In this document: in pieces, positions 54,676 through 63,800 of the stretch
Layout of the letters: each line of letters begins with the position of its first letter
How positions within the stretch are numbered: the stretch's first letter is position 1
Origin: Candidatus Woesearchaeota archaeon
GTDB taxonomy: Archaea; Nanobdellota; Nanobdellia; Pacearchaeales; UBA284
Assembly (NCBI GenBank): GCA_964599615.1
Contig: CAZRGF010000003.1
Location: 26,289 to 90,288 of the forward strand
Direction: 5' to 3'
DNA: 64,000 nucleotides
Translations under genes and position numbers: made by a program
The notes under the pieces: model-generated
Told to the model about the DNA's origin: nothing
Seen by the model: only the letters and a program-made list of their open reading frames with translations
The model's database searches: none

Positions 54676-55008
54676 AATTTGCGTGGCATCTATAAGTTTG
54701 AAGAATATTCTTTTTTTCAGAGCATAAAACCAAAAAAATTGAACGCATAAAGACATATTCTTAAAAATGGTTTTTTTGCTTGAATTTGACTTATTTGAAG
54801 ACAATCATCCTAGTAGTTAGCATAAACACATAAAGACCTAGTTCTTAAACCTTTTTTAGAAAGCAATCTCAAATTCGCCAAATTTGCGTAGCATCTATAA
54901 GTTTGAAGGCTATCTAGCATTATAGGGGGCATAACTAAAAAATATTAGAACATAACGATGGCTTTCACAGAAGCCAAACCTTTTTTAGAAAGCAATCTCA
55001 AATTCGCC
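54676..55008. repeat. nested direct repeats (33 bp x2 and 28 bp x2) downstream of the NTase gene
   Basis: 54847-54879 equals 54976-55008 (aaaccttttttagaaagcaatctcaaattcgcc, perfect). 54676-54703 and 54881-54908 match at 27/28 (aatttgcgtRgcatctataagtttgaag). Confidence 0.6.
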
Positions 55009-56823
55009 GATTATTTTTTTGATAGCATCAAAAAGCTGTTTAGTCAAAAGTTTTTCTCCTTCTGTTTTCTTAGCAAGATGGGCCTTTAGCTCTTCTTTCT
55101 CAACATCACTGGTCTTGCCTTGAACAATTTTCTTGATAGTATCTTGAGCTATATCTGGAATCAAAAAAGCAGCATCTTTAAAAACAAATAATTCTGCTTT
55201 TTTCTCATGAGTTTTTCCTTTTTCTTCTTTCTTGTAAATCAAATAGATTTTCTTCTTATCTGTTTCGAATATTTCCTTTCTTTGAAGATACTCATTTAAT
55301 GTGCTAGTTAATTCATAAACTGCTTTTTTCATTGAAGCAAGTTCGTGTTTGGAAATATTTGCCTTACTATGTTTTTTATTGATTTCTAAAATTTCTTTTA
55401 ATAAACCAGAAACTCTTGATGGAACAACTCCTTTTTCAACTAATTCTTTGGTCAACTTCGAGCAGGCATTTGCTTCAGTGCATTTTCCTATAGTCTTCTC
55501 AAGCAATCCAAAGACACTTTCATATAAAATAGCAACTTCTTTTTTAGCCATTTTTTCCTCAATCTGGGTCATCAATTCTTTTAATCTTTTTGTGAAATCT
55601 ACAGATTCTTTCAGCATCTCATCAATCTCTTTCCCAGTTATTACTATCTTTGGATCATGTTCATATTTTTTGTAAATTCCAACTATTTTTTCTAATATAT
55701 CTGCATATTTTGCTTCAAGTAATTTTTCTTTTTCAACAAAAATCTTCCTGAATTCTCCTCCTTGGATTTCTTTGGGAGTTGGTGGGGGCAAGCCATATAG
55801 CATCATAACTGCTTGGCTTGGAGTTACAACACTCCAGAATATATCCTGCGCAAGAATCTCATTTAATCTCATTCTGACGTTTTCTGCTACCTTTTCCCCA
55901 AGAGACATGAACATATCAATTGCTTCTGGGCTTGGTTTGATTTTTCCCATTTTCAAAAGCAATTTCCAAGGCATGAATGCTCCTCGGTCATACAATGGGA
56001 CACCATCCCTGATAAAAGTGAAGATAACAGGGTGTGCATCTTTGACAGCTTCCCAAAATTCTGTTAAAATATAGATTTGTGGGCTTAATTTGTTTCTAAC
56101 CCCGGCAAGCTCTTCTGCTTCAGCAATATAACTCCAGATTATTGATCTTAATTTTTCTTTTAATTCAAATCTGCTCATCCTTTTGACATCAGTATCATCT
56201 ATAACCACATAGATATCAACATCACTTGTTTCCTTGGCAGTTCCCCTTACCAAGCTTCCAGCGATAACATAACTTACAACATATTTCTCAAATTTTCGTA
56301 AGACTAATGACTTATGTATATTAGCAACTCTTAAAGCCCCAAGAATTCCTTTATCATGCAATGGAAATGACATTGAAATCGCCTCGGCTAAAGCATATTT
56401 GCCATCAAAACATATTTCCCAGAATTCACTTGCGGTCTTGATATGGAGCCAGACTCTTGGCTTGAAATCCTGAATCAGTTTTATTGATTCTGTTTTTAAT
56501 TTTCCAATTTCTTTAGCCTTGTCATCCGGAATAATCATTATTAGATGAATTAATCTTTCATCTTTTGTCGCTTTTTTTATCTCCTCTTCTTCTTCAATAA
56601 TCTGTGTTGCTTGTGGGGGCAAAATGCCTAAAGCTTCTATAAATGGAAATTTTTTGACAATGTCTTTTTTGAATTCTTTTAATTTTTCCCTTGTTTTTTC
56701 AATTTCTTTCTTGACTTCTTCTGGAATCTCTTGATTTTTCAATTTCTCATAATTTTCAACAGCTTCATCCGATGATTCATCAGAACCCTTCTCATCTTCC
56801 TTCTGTTTCTTTGATTCTGCCAT
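54985..56823 (-). CDS. large Pol-beta-superfamily nucleotidyltransferase-domain protein, function unknown
   Basis: AGSLVRGTAKETSDVDIYVVIDD (GS-x-DxD). Glu/Lys-rich N-terminus and a long helical C-terminus. Start at the first ATG (MAESKKQ); the track start 56859 is TTG. Confidence 0.6.
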   Translation of the reverse strand: MAESKKQKEDEKGSDESSDEAVENYEKLKNQEIPEEVKKEIEKTREKLKEFKKDIVKKFPFIEALGILPPQATQIIEEEEEIKKATKDERLIHLIMIIPDDKAKEIGKLKTESIKLIQDFKPRVWLHIKTASEFWEICFDGKYALAEAISMSFPLHDKGILGALRVANIHKSLVLRKFEKYVVSYVIAGSLVRGTAKETSDVDIYVVIDDTDVKRMSRFELKEKLRSIIWSYIAEAEELAGVRNKLSPQIYILTEFWEAVKDAHPVIFTFIRDGVPLYDRGAFMPWKLLLKMGKIKPSPEAIDMFMSLGEKVAENVRMRLNEILAQDIFWSVVTPSQAVMMLYGLPPPTPKEIQGGEFRKIFVEKEKLLEAKYADILEKIVGIYKKYEHDPKIVITGKEIDEMLKESVDFTKRLKELMTQIEEKMAKKEVAILYESVFGLLEKTIGKCTEANACSKLTKELVEKGVVPSRVSGLLKEILEINKKHSKANISKHELASMKKAVYELTSTLNEYLQRKEIFETDKKKIYLIYKKEEKGKTHEKKAELFVFKDAAFLIPDIAQDTIKKIVQGKTSDVEKEELKAHLAKKTEGEKLLTKQLFDAIKKIIGEFEIAF

Positions 56824-56874
56824 AATAATGAAAAACGAGAAGCTTTTTAAATCTTTCAATTGTCTTTAATTCGT

Positions 56875-56947
56875 GGGCCCATAGTCCAGTGGTTATGACG
56901 ATTCCCTTACACGGAATAGATCGCTGGTTCGATCCCAGCTGGGCCCA
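56875..56947 (+). tRNA. tRNA-Val (TAC)
   Basis: gggccca/tgggccc acceptor. Anticodon stem attcc/ggaat with loop ctTACac. T arm gctgg-ttcgatc-ccagc. Confidence 0.9.
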
Positions 56948-56957
56948 TTTCTTCTCA
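56933..56957 (+). repeat. 25-bp direct repeat, copy 1 (last 15 nt of tRNA-Val plus 10 nt)
   Basis: tcccagctgggcccatttcttctca, identical to 57505-57529. Confidence 0.8.
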
Positions 56958-56998
56958 ATAAATTTATTTAGTCAGAAATTAATTCGCTGGAATCGAAT

Positions 56999-57406
56999 TT
57001 ATTTATCAGTTAAAAAAGTATCATCTGTGATATATCCTTTCAATTTTTCTTCTAAAGGATCATCTTTAAAATACTTGGACAAAACTTCTATTGAAACTTG
57101 TTCTTCATCTGATTTTCTAGAAGGCAAACGATACCAAACATCGAGCATATTAGCACGATCTGAATTTCGTTCATAACCATCGCATATAACATAAAATCCA
57201 AGGCTTGGGTTTTTATATCTATGTGATTGGTCATCTGGTCCCATATTATGCCTATAATCCTTTACATCAAATCCTCTTAGATGCAAACCAACACAAAGTT
57301 TTTGAACCATTTTTCCAAATAAAGAGGTTGTAGTATAGTCAATCCCCTTTTCTTCTGTTTCCCTCAATTTTTCTGCTAATATCTTGGATTTTAATGATAA
57401 GGTCAT
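56999..57406 (-). CDS. hypothetical protein (135 aa) inside the tRNA-Val-flanked insert
   Basis: ORF-track ORF and the only gene between the two 25-bp repeats. No motif recognised. Confidence 0.5.
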   Translation of the reverse strand: MTLSLKSKILAEKLRETEEKGIDYTTTSLFGKMVQKLCVGLHLRGFDVKDYRHNMGPDDQSHRYKNPSLGFYVICDGYERNSDRANMLDVWYRLPSRKSDEEQVSIEVLSKYFKDDPLEEKLKGYITDDTFLTDK

Positions 57407-57504
57407 ATATTTACATTACCTTAAGTTTTATAAGTATTTATATTAAAAAAAGGTTATTTTAGAGGGCATATAAAAAATATTTAAAAACCCATTTTTCTAA
57501 CATG

Positions 57505-57529
57505 TCCCAGCTGGGCCCATTTCTTCTCA
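57505..57529 (+). repeat. 25-bp direct repeat, copy 2 (att-like duplicate of the tRNA-Val 3' end)
   Basis: tcccagctgggcccatttcttctca, identical to 56933-56957. Confidence 0.8.
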
Positions 57530-57535
57530 TAAAAA

Positions 57536-58438
57536 TTAATTTAAAACACTAAATAACTTTTTAATAGAATTCATGTGAACATTATGGTAGCATTGCGGGC
57601 TGCTATTGCTGTTATGGGGAGATAATAGAACATTATTTAACTTCATCAATTCGCTATCTTTTGATAAAGGCTCTTTTTCAAAAACATCTAATCCGGCTCC
57701 CTTTATTATCCCTCGTTTAAGCGCTTTGACCAAATCACTTTCTTTAATAACCGGTCCCCTAGAAGTATTAATAATCACAGCACCTTTCATCAGTTTTAAT
57801 TCTTTTAATGTGATTAAATGAAAGCTCGTTGGATTAAGAGAGCAGTTTAAACTCACAAAGTCTGATTTTCTTAATAAGGTCTTTATATCAGTCATCTTAA
57901 AATTAGTCTGAATTTTTCTGATATCATTGCCTAAAACCCGCATCCCCAGTGCTTCTGCTTTTCTTGCAACTGCTTGCCCAATATTACCCATCCCAATTAT
58001 TCCTATGCTTTTCTCACATAATGAATATCCTTCAATTTTTTTCCATATGCCCTTTTTCATGATTTTGTCATTTTTAGGGATATTGCGTGCAAAAGAGAGT
58101 ATAAACCCTATCACCGTGTCTGAAACAGGCTCTGTGAATGCGTTAGGAGAATTATGCACCACAATACCCTTTTTATGAGCATATGCAACATCAATAGAAT
58201 TAATGCCTGTTCCCCATTTAACTATAACTTTTAATCTCTTCGCTTTATCAATAACACAGGAAGTAAATTCATCATCTCCGCAGATAACTCCATCAAATTT
58301 ATCAATAATAGGCAGTAATTCTTCTTCAGAAAGTTTTTCAATCACTTTGGGCAAGATTACTTTGCTATTCTTGAAATAACGCTTCAATTTAGGATAATCC
58401 TTCTGAAAATTCGGTGCAGATATCAAAATATTATTCAT
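57536..58438 (-). CDS. D-isomer-specific 2-hydroxyacid dehydrogenase (PGDH/GyaR-like)
   Basis: NAD-binding GIIGMGNIGQAVARKA. Catalytic region INTSRG...AGLDVF...SPHNS. Confidence 0.85.
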   Translation of the reverse strand: MNNILISAPNFQKDYPKLKRYFKNSKVILPKVIEKLSEEELLPIIDKFDGVICGDDEFTSCVIDKAKRLKVIVKWGTGINSIDVAYAHKKGIVVHNSPNAFTEPVSDTVIGFILSFARNIPKNDKIMKKGIWKKIEGYSLCEKSIGIIGMGNIGQAVARKAEALGMRVLGNDIRKIQTNFKMTDIKTLLRKSDFVSLNCSLNPTSFHLITLKELKLMKGAVIINTSRGPVIKESDLVKALKRGIIKGAGLDVFEKEPLSKDSELMKLNNVLLSPHNSNSSPQCYHNVHMNSIKKLFSVLN

Positions 58439-58551
58439 TTTTTATAAACATCACCCAGATACCTTCGATTTTATACTTAAAAACTCTTTTGGTTGTAGCA
58501 CAAAAATAGGAAAGTTTAAAAGATATTAACTACTAAATAATTAATACAAAA

Positions 58552-59613
58552 ATGTCTAAACGAATACTTGTCAATGGTGCAAGAGGAAGAATAGGCAGGG
58601 CAGTAACTTATGAACTAAGTAAAGGAATTTTTGAATTAGTTGCTTTAAATGATCCCGTGGGGATAGACAAGCTTGTTCTAAGTCTTTCTAGAAAAGACCC
58701 TATTCATGAATTATATGATTGGAAAGTAGAAAAAATTTCTCAAGACACCATAGCAATAAACGGGACCCCCATTAAAGTTTATGCTGAAAAAGATATTTCA
58801 AAAATCCCTTTTCAAGATCAAGGAATATGGTTAGTAGAAGAATGTTCTGGATACTTTGAAGATGCAAGATTAAAAGAAAAGCAAGCAAAAGAAGATGGAT
58901 TAGAAAGATCATTCTTAAAACAAGGAGTTGAAAAAGTTATTCTCTCCTATCGTTCATCGAAGGCAGATATTACCTTAATTTGTGGAGCAAATCATCAAGA
59001 ATATAACTCTGCAACACAGAGAATTATTTCGAATGGTTCATGTGCAACAAAAGCACTAGCAGCCCCATTAAAAATCTTAGATGATCAAGGCATGATAATT
59101 CATGCAGTATTAGCCAACAGTATCCAATCAACTACTAATGCTGATAATGTTTTAGAATCTTTGGGCCAAATAAAGACTTTCAAAACAGGCGCTGCAAAAG
59201 CAACTGGTGAAATTATAAAAAGTTTAGAAGGAAAAATGGATGGTATTTCATTCAAAGTTCCAACAAAAGATGGAAGTTTTACAAATTTTATTTTTGTTGC
59301 AAGTGTCTACGGAAATCAAAAATCTGAATTTGCAACAGCAGAAAAAATCAATAAACTATTAAAAAAATATGCTTCAAAACCAGAATATATGGGTCGTTTA
59401 GGATTTTATGATGGAAAAGAAGTTAGCACAAACAGCGATATTGTTGGAAGAACAGAAAATGCAGTCATAATCACTTCAAAAACAAGAGTATTTTGCTTTG
59501 AAGATGATGAAGAAAAATCTCGATTTTTAATTGGATTAGTTTCTGGCTTTGATAATGAAGCAGCTCCACCAAGAGATCAAGTTCTTCTAACAGAGTATAT
59601 AATCTCTGTATAA
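58552..59613 (+). CDS. type I (bacterial/eukaryotic-like) glyceraldehyde-3-phosphate dehydrogenase family protein, divergent
   Basis: ILVNGARGRIGRAV (compare INGFGRIGR) and SNGSCATKALAAPLK (compare SNASCTTNCLAP). Confidence 0.65.
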   Translation: MSKRILVNGARGRIGRAVTYELSKGIFELVALNDPVGIDKLVLSLSRKDPIHELYDWKVEKISQDTIAINGTPIKVYAEKDISKIPFQDQGIWLVEECSGYFEDARLKEKQAKEDGLERSFLKQGVEKVILSYRSSKADITLICGANHQEYNSATQRIISNGSCATKALAAPLKILDDQGMIIHAVLANSIQSTTNADNVLESLGQIKTFKTGAAKATGEIIKSLEGKMDGISFKVPTKDGSFTNFIFVASVYGNQKSEFATAEKINKLLKKYASKPEYMGRLGFYDGKEVSTNSDIVGRTENAVIITSKTRVFCFEDDEEKSRFLIGLVSGFDNEAAPPRDQVLLTEYIISV

Positions 59614-59647
59614 TTTAAAATTTTTAAATAAGATTGCAATTAATTCA

Positions 59648-60592
59648 ATGGAAAAAAATAAAGGAATTAGCGTCATAATGCCCATATATGGTAACTTTGA
59701 TATTCAAAGAGCTATTAGGTGTATAGACTCTATAAAAATGCAAAAAGACGTAGATGTGGAAATTGTTGTCTCTGAACAAGGGATTAATAAAAGATTTCCA
59801 GAAACTAAAGGAGTGAAACACATCTTTATATATCATAAACCAAAACCTAAGTTAAGTGATTTCAATCCAGGAGAAATCAGAAATATTGCTGTGATAAATT
59901 CAACAAAAGATTATATCTATACAATGGATGCAGATGTAATCTTACTTGACCCTTATTTTTTAAAAAAACTATGGAATATACTCCAAGCAAATCCCGCCAA
60001 GATTTTATATAGACCATTCATGAGAAGATTACCCAAAGATAATTTTGAAGAGTTTAACAAATGGTGTGATTCCATTGGTTTTAAAAGAGCAGTTAAAAAA
60101 TTAATTATAAACCAGAAATTTCTTGTAAAAACCACTCCTGAATACAGAGAACTAAAAATCTTTGAAAAAGACAGCAAAGAAGCAAACTATAGAAAGACAT
60201 TCACCTCCTTGATAGAAGATTACAAACAATATGTTGAAGAACGTCTTGGTTCAGACGATAACCTAAATTTCTGGCCGATTTACTGGAATGAAAACCGACA
60301 TTGTGGCTCAAACTTCTTCAGAAGAGTTCAGTTGTCGGATGTTGGAGGATATTGTGAAAAATTTATAAATTGGGGCTGTGAAGATTCTGATTTGCAATGG
60401 AAATTCAGAGAAACCTACAAATTAGAATTTTTTCCCGTTGAAATGGAAGTAATCCACCTAGATCACCCAAAAGGTTATGTTTCGCCAGCAATGTGGGCCA
60501 GTAATGAAGAAATAAGTGCAAAAAGAAAAAAAGACGGTATTAAACTAGCAATAAAAACAGACAGAGAAAACCTAAAAAAAAGATATAACTAG
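59648..60592 (+). CDS. glycosyltransferase (GT2-like N-terminus, galactosyltransferase-like C-terminal motif)
   Basis: ISVIMPIYGN, YTMDADV, and WGCEDSDLQWKF (compare WGGEDDD). Confidence 0.7.
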   Translation: MEKNKGISVIMPIYGNFDIQRAIRCIDSIKMQKDVDVEIVVSEQGINKRFPETKGVKHIFIYHKPKPKLSDFNPGEIRNIAVINSTKDYIYTMDADVILLDPYFLKKLWNILQANPAKILYRPFMRRLPKDNFEEFNKWCDSIGFKRAVKKLIINQKFLVKTTPEYRELKIFEKDSKEANYRKTFTSLIEDYKQYVEERLGSDDNLNFWPIYWNENRHCGSNFFRRVQLSDVGGYCEKFINWGCEDSDLQWKFRETYKLEFFPVEMEVIHLDHPKGYVSPAMWASNEEISAKRKKDGIKLAIKTDRENLKKRYN

Positions 60593-60593
60593 A

Positions 60594-61283
60594 ATGGAGA
60601 AAAATTTATTCAAAAAGATTACTAAAAAGATAATTGAAAAATATATCTGGAAATATTTTTTGCTTAATAAAATTAAAAATCAAAGAGGATTATTAAAATT
60701 AAATCTCGGTGCTGGAAACAATCCCATTAAAGGATGGATAAATGCCGATATTACCCCAAGAAGTTGGAATATTCTTTATGTTGATGTCAAGAAAAAGATG
60801 CCTTTCAAAAGTAATACTTTTGATTATATTATGTTAGAACATCTTATTGAACATCTTTCATGGCAAGACGGGAAAAAGATGCTTAAAGAATGTTTTAGGA
60901 TACTCAAAAAAGGAGGAAAACTAAGAATTTCAACTCCCAACATTATTTTTGTTGTCTCCCTTTACAAAAAAAATAGCAATAATGAGTATTATACAAGAAA
61001 AATAACTCGAAGATTTCTAAAAAATCTCTACAAAAAGAATTGCAGGCCAGTATTCGTAATTAACAATGCATTTTATAATTGGGGACATAAATTTTTATAT
61101 GACCAAAAGCTTTTGGTAGAAGCACTTCAAGAAGCAAGATTTAAGGAGATTAAAAGAGAATATTATGGGAACAGTAGGGATAATAATCTAAATAAAATAG
61201 AAACCCATGAAAAGGGGGTAGGTGACATAAAAGTTTGCCAAATTGAATCAATAGTATTGGAAGCGCTGAAAAGAAAAAATTAA
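60594..61283 (+). CDS. class I SAM-dependent methyltransferase
   Basis: LNLGAGNNPIKGWINADI and ILKKGGKLRISTPN. Confidence 0.8.
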   Translation: MEKNLFKKITKKIIEKYIWKYFLLNKIKNQRGLLKLNLGAGNNPIKGWINADITPRSWNILYVDVKKKMPFKSNTFDYIMLEHLIEHLSWQDGKKMLKECFRILKKGGKLRISTPNIIFVVSLYKKNSNNEYYTRKITRRFLKNLYKKNCRPVFVINNAFYNWGHKFLYDQKLLVEALQEARFKEIKREYYGNSRDNNLNKIETHEKGVGDIKVCQIESIVLEALKRKN

Positions 61284-61378
61284 TAATAACTTAACCTAGA
61301 AAAACGAAAGAAGATAATCCGGGGGTAATTTTGATTAATTATAGCAAACAATTATAGTGACTAAAAATCAGTTTAAAA

Positions 61379-62782
61379 TCATTCTCCCCTCTCTTTTTTA
61401 TCAAAGTAGATTTCCTTTTTAATGGCTTTTTCTAAAACTCTTTTTAATAATTCTTTATTATCCCTCCATACAATCTCCTTGATAAAACTATCAATTTTCA
61501 CCCACTTATGCCCAGAGTATTCATAACTTAGTTTTACTTTATCAGAGTCAACAAAAGTAATAAAATTCATTTCTTGGAATTCTTTTTCTCCTTCATGATA
61601 AACTGAACCCCATTTTAAATAAAGTATTTCGTTTGCATTCAATCCTGTTTCTTGTTTAATCTTCCTTTCAATCACTCTCTCAGGAGATTCTTTCTCGTTA
61701 ATTTCTCCCCTTACAATCCCTTGCCATTTATCTGCTTTGTTTAGCAATAAGAACTTATCTTTTATTGGATTGTAAACAAAAGATGCTCCTTTTTGGTTTA
61801 TCTCTTCTCCACGCCCCCCACAAATTATTTTTGTTTCTGTTTTGGTTATAAAAGATTTGTAGTCTTTAGGGACAATAAGATTAATTTTATACTTTACATT
61901 ATTCAAAATTATTTCTCCAATACAATACTCTGCATAATCTTCATGTATGCAAACAATTTTCCAATCTTCTTTGATTTTATCTAGTGGAATTTCTGAGACA
62001 AGGGTTAAAGGCGTTCCCAAATACCTTCTAAATATTCTTTTGTATTTCCCAATTCTGCCCTTGGCTAAAGCGCCTATAGCAAGAACTTCTTTTGGACTAA
62101 AACTTTCGTCACATCCCAAAAATTCTTTAATTTTCTTATTAACCTTCGCAGAGTCTTCATAATATTCTATTTCAGGCTTAAGATGATCAAGATGCTTTGA
62201 ATCATTTATTGTTAAAATTTTCCAAAAACCATTTTCATACTTAAGATGATTTATGCATGCATTATCTTGTTTTATTTTTAAAAAATCCTTCTTTTCTCTT
62301 TTCTGACTGAGATTTATTAATACTTCATTTGATCCAGAAGAAGAAATAATAGCAATGTTTCCTTGCATCTTTTCGAGATCTTTTAAAAATGATTTAATCC
62401 TTTTAATCAAATCCCATATATTCTCTCCCCCGAATGGACGAATCTCTTCGCGAGGATAGCCTAGATCAAAGAGTTCTTTATACTTCTTTTTCCATTCTTC
62501 AGAATCAGGAGAAACACTTCCATGAACATATTCTCTTAATCTTTTATCAAGCACAACCAGATGTTGTTGTTCTTTAAACAAAAAATCTGTTGTCTGTTTT
62601 GTTCTCTCATAATCACTTGAATAAACTTTATTAAATCTTATTTTTGAAAGCTTTTTTTTAAGATATTGCAGTTGAATTAATCCATGGGAATTTAATTTAA
62701 TGTGATCTGATTGAAGAAATCCAGAATTCTCTTTATTGAAATCAGTCTCTGCATGTCTTATAAGATAAATGTTAAGGGCCAT
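61379..62782 (-). CDS. fusion protein: histidine phosphatase (PGM-like), an unknown middle region, and a Nudix hydrolase
   Basis: N-terminal YLIRHAETDFN (RHG-type). C-terminal Nudix box GIVRGEINEKESPERVIERKIKQETGL. Confidence 0.7.
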   Translation of the reverse strand: MALNIYLIRHAETDFNKENSGFLQSDHIKLNSHGLIQLQYLKKKLSKIRFNKVYSSDYERTKQTTDFLFKEQQHLVVLDKRLREYVHGSVSPDSEEWKKKYKELFDLGYPREEIRPFGGENIWDLIKRIKSFLKDLEKMQGNIAIISSSGSNEVLINLSQKREKKDFLKIKQDNACINHLKYENGFWKILTINDSKHLDHLKPEIEYYEDSAKVNKKIKEFLGCDESFSPKEVLAIGALAKGRIGKYKRIFRRYLGTPLTLVSEIPLDKIKEDWKIVCIHEDYAEYCIGEIILNNVKYKINLIVPKDYKSFITKTETKIICGGRGEEINQKGASFVYNPIKDKFLLLNKADKWQGIVRGEINEKESPERVIERKIKQETGLNANEILYLKWGSVYHEGEKEFQEMNFITFVDSDKVKLSYEYSGHKWVKIDSFIKEIVWRDNKELLKRVLEKAIKKEIYFDKKERGE

Positions 62783-63800
62783 ATTCTAATAAAGCAGCCT
62801 TATTTAAAAATTTTTCAATTTCAGGGAAAAGATTTTCTCTACCCCAAAGTAGACTTTCATTTCGTCCATCCCAGCCAATATCCCCAAAATGAAATTCTTG
62901 ATTATCTCTTTCACTTAATTTTCTCAATGCATCTCTTAATTTGCCCAAAGAAACTTTTTTCCCAGTATTTTTCAAAATATATTCCCTGGGATTCATCGAA
63001 CCGATTTTGCTGTTAAGCTCTTTAATTGCTCTGGCAAGACCTTCTGATGTAGGTTCAAATAACATTCCTGTTGATTTATTTATATGTTTTTTAGTAGGAC
63101 AAGCTGCATCTTCTGCAACTAAAAAAGGGATATCTGCAGAAAGACATTCCATTTTGAAACGATTTATCCCTTCAACATTAGAGGTCAGTATTCCAATAGA
63201 TGCAGAATTTATTAGATGATTTATTTCTTCTTTTGATTTGGGCATTAAATGATTATTATCCAGATTAGCATAAGGATAAGAGATATTTGCTCCTAATCTT
63301 TTAGTAAGTTCCAAACATTGGTCTCTTGTTGAAATCTCTTCAAGATTTCCTCCCCTGACAAAATGCCCTATTTTAACAAAATTCATTTGAGGTAGAAGAG
63401 CACAAGCTGAAACAAAAAGAAAAGGCCTTTTAAAAGCATCCCACGAAGAAATCTGTATCCCATCATATTTTTTATTTTTGCTTGTAGGATAAAAAGAATC
63501 TGTATCAACAAAATCTGCAGGCCCAATATCTAGACATATTGCATTTGGAAACTTTTCATGAGTTTCATCCCAAAATGAAAGATCTTCGACAAGTTTAATG
63601 TCTGCATATACCGACTCATTTAAACCCCTCCAAGCTCTTCTTTCAGTAGTATAAAAATAATTTCTTATAGTGGGAAAATTTTGGATAATATAGTCTAATT
63701 GAGACAAAATTATTGCGCCTTTGATTATCTTTCCATCCCCTCTCTTGGGCTCTTTTAAGATTCTACCACTTATGTATTCGTCAGGAACTTCTGTTGTCAT
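62772..63800 (-). CDS. possible GT-B fold glycosyltransferase
   Basis: The C-terminal half (ILTSNVEGINRFKMECLSADIPFLVAEDAACPTK...GMLFEP) resembles the GT1/GT4 donor-binding region. Weak call. Confidence 0.45.
   Translation of the reverse strand: MTTEVPDEYISGRILKEPKRGDGKIIKGAIILSQLDYIIQNFPTIRNYFYTTERRAWRGLNESVYADIKLVEDLSFWDETHEKFPNAICLDIGPADFVDTDSFYPTSKNKKYDGIQISSWDAFKRPFLFVSACALLPQMNFVKIGHFVRGGNLEEISTRDQCLELTKRLGANISYPYANLDNNHLMPKSKEEINHLINSASIGILTSNVEGINRFKMECLSADIPFLVAEDAACPTKKHINKSTGMLFEPTSEGLARAIKELNSKIGSMNPREYILKNTGKKVSLGKLRDALRKLSERDNQEFHFGDIGWDGRNESLLWGRENLFPEIEKFLNKAALLEYGP

Noticed and set aside
54607-54804. A 65-aa minus-strand ORF in the L35Ae upstream spacer.
   Set aside because: It overlaps the L35Ae start and promoter and consists of repeat-derived sequence with no SD.
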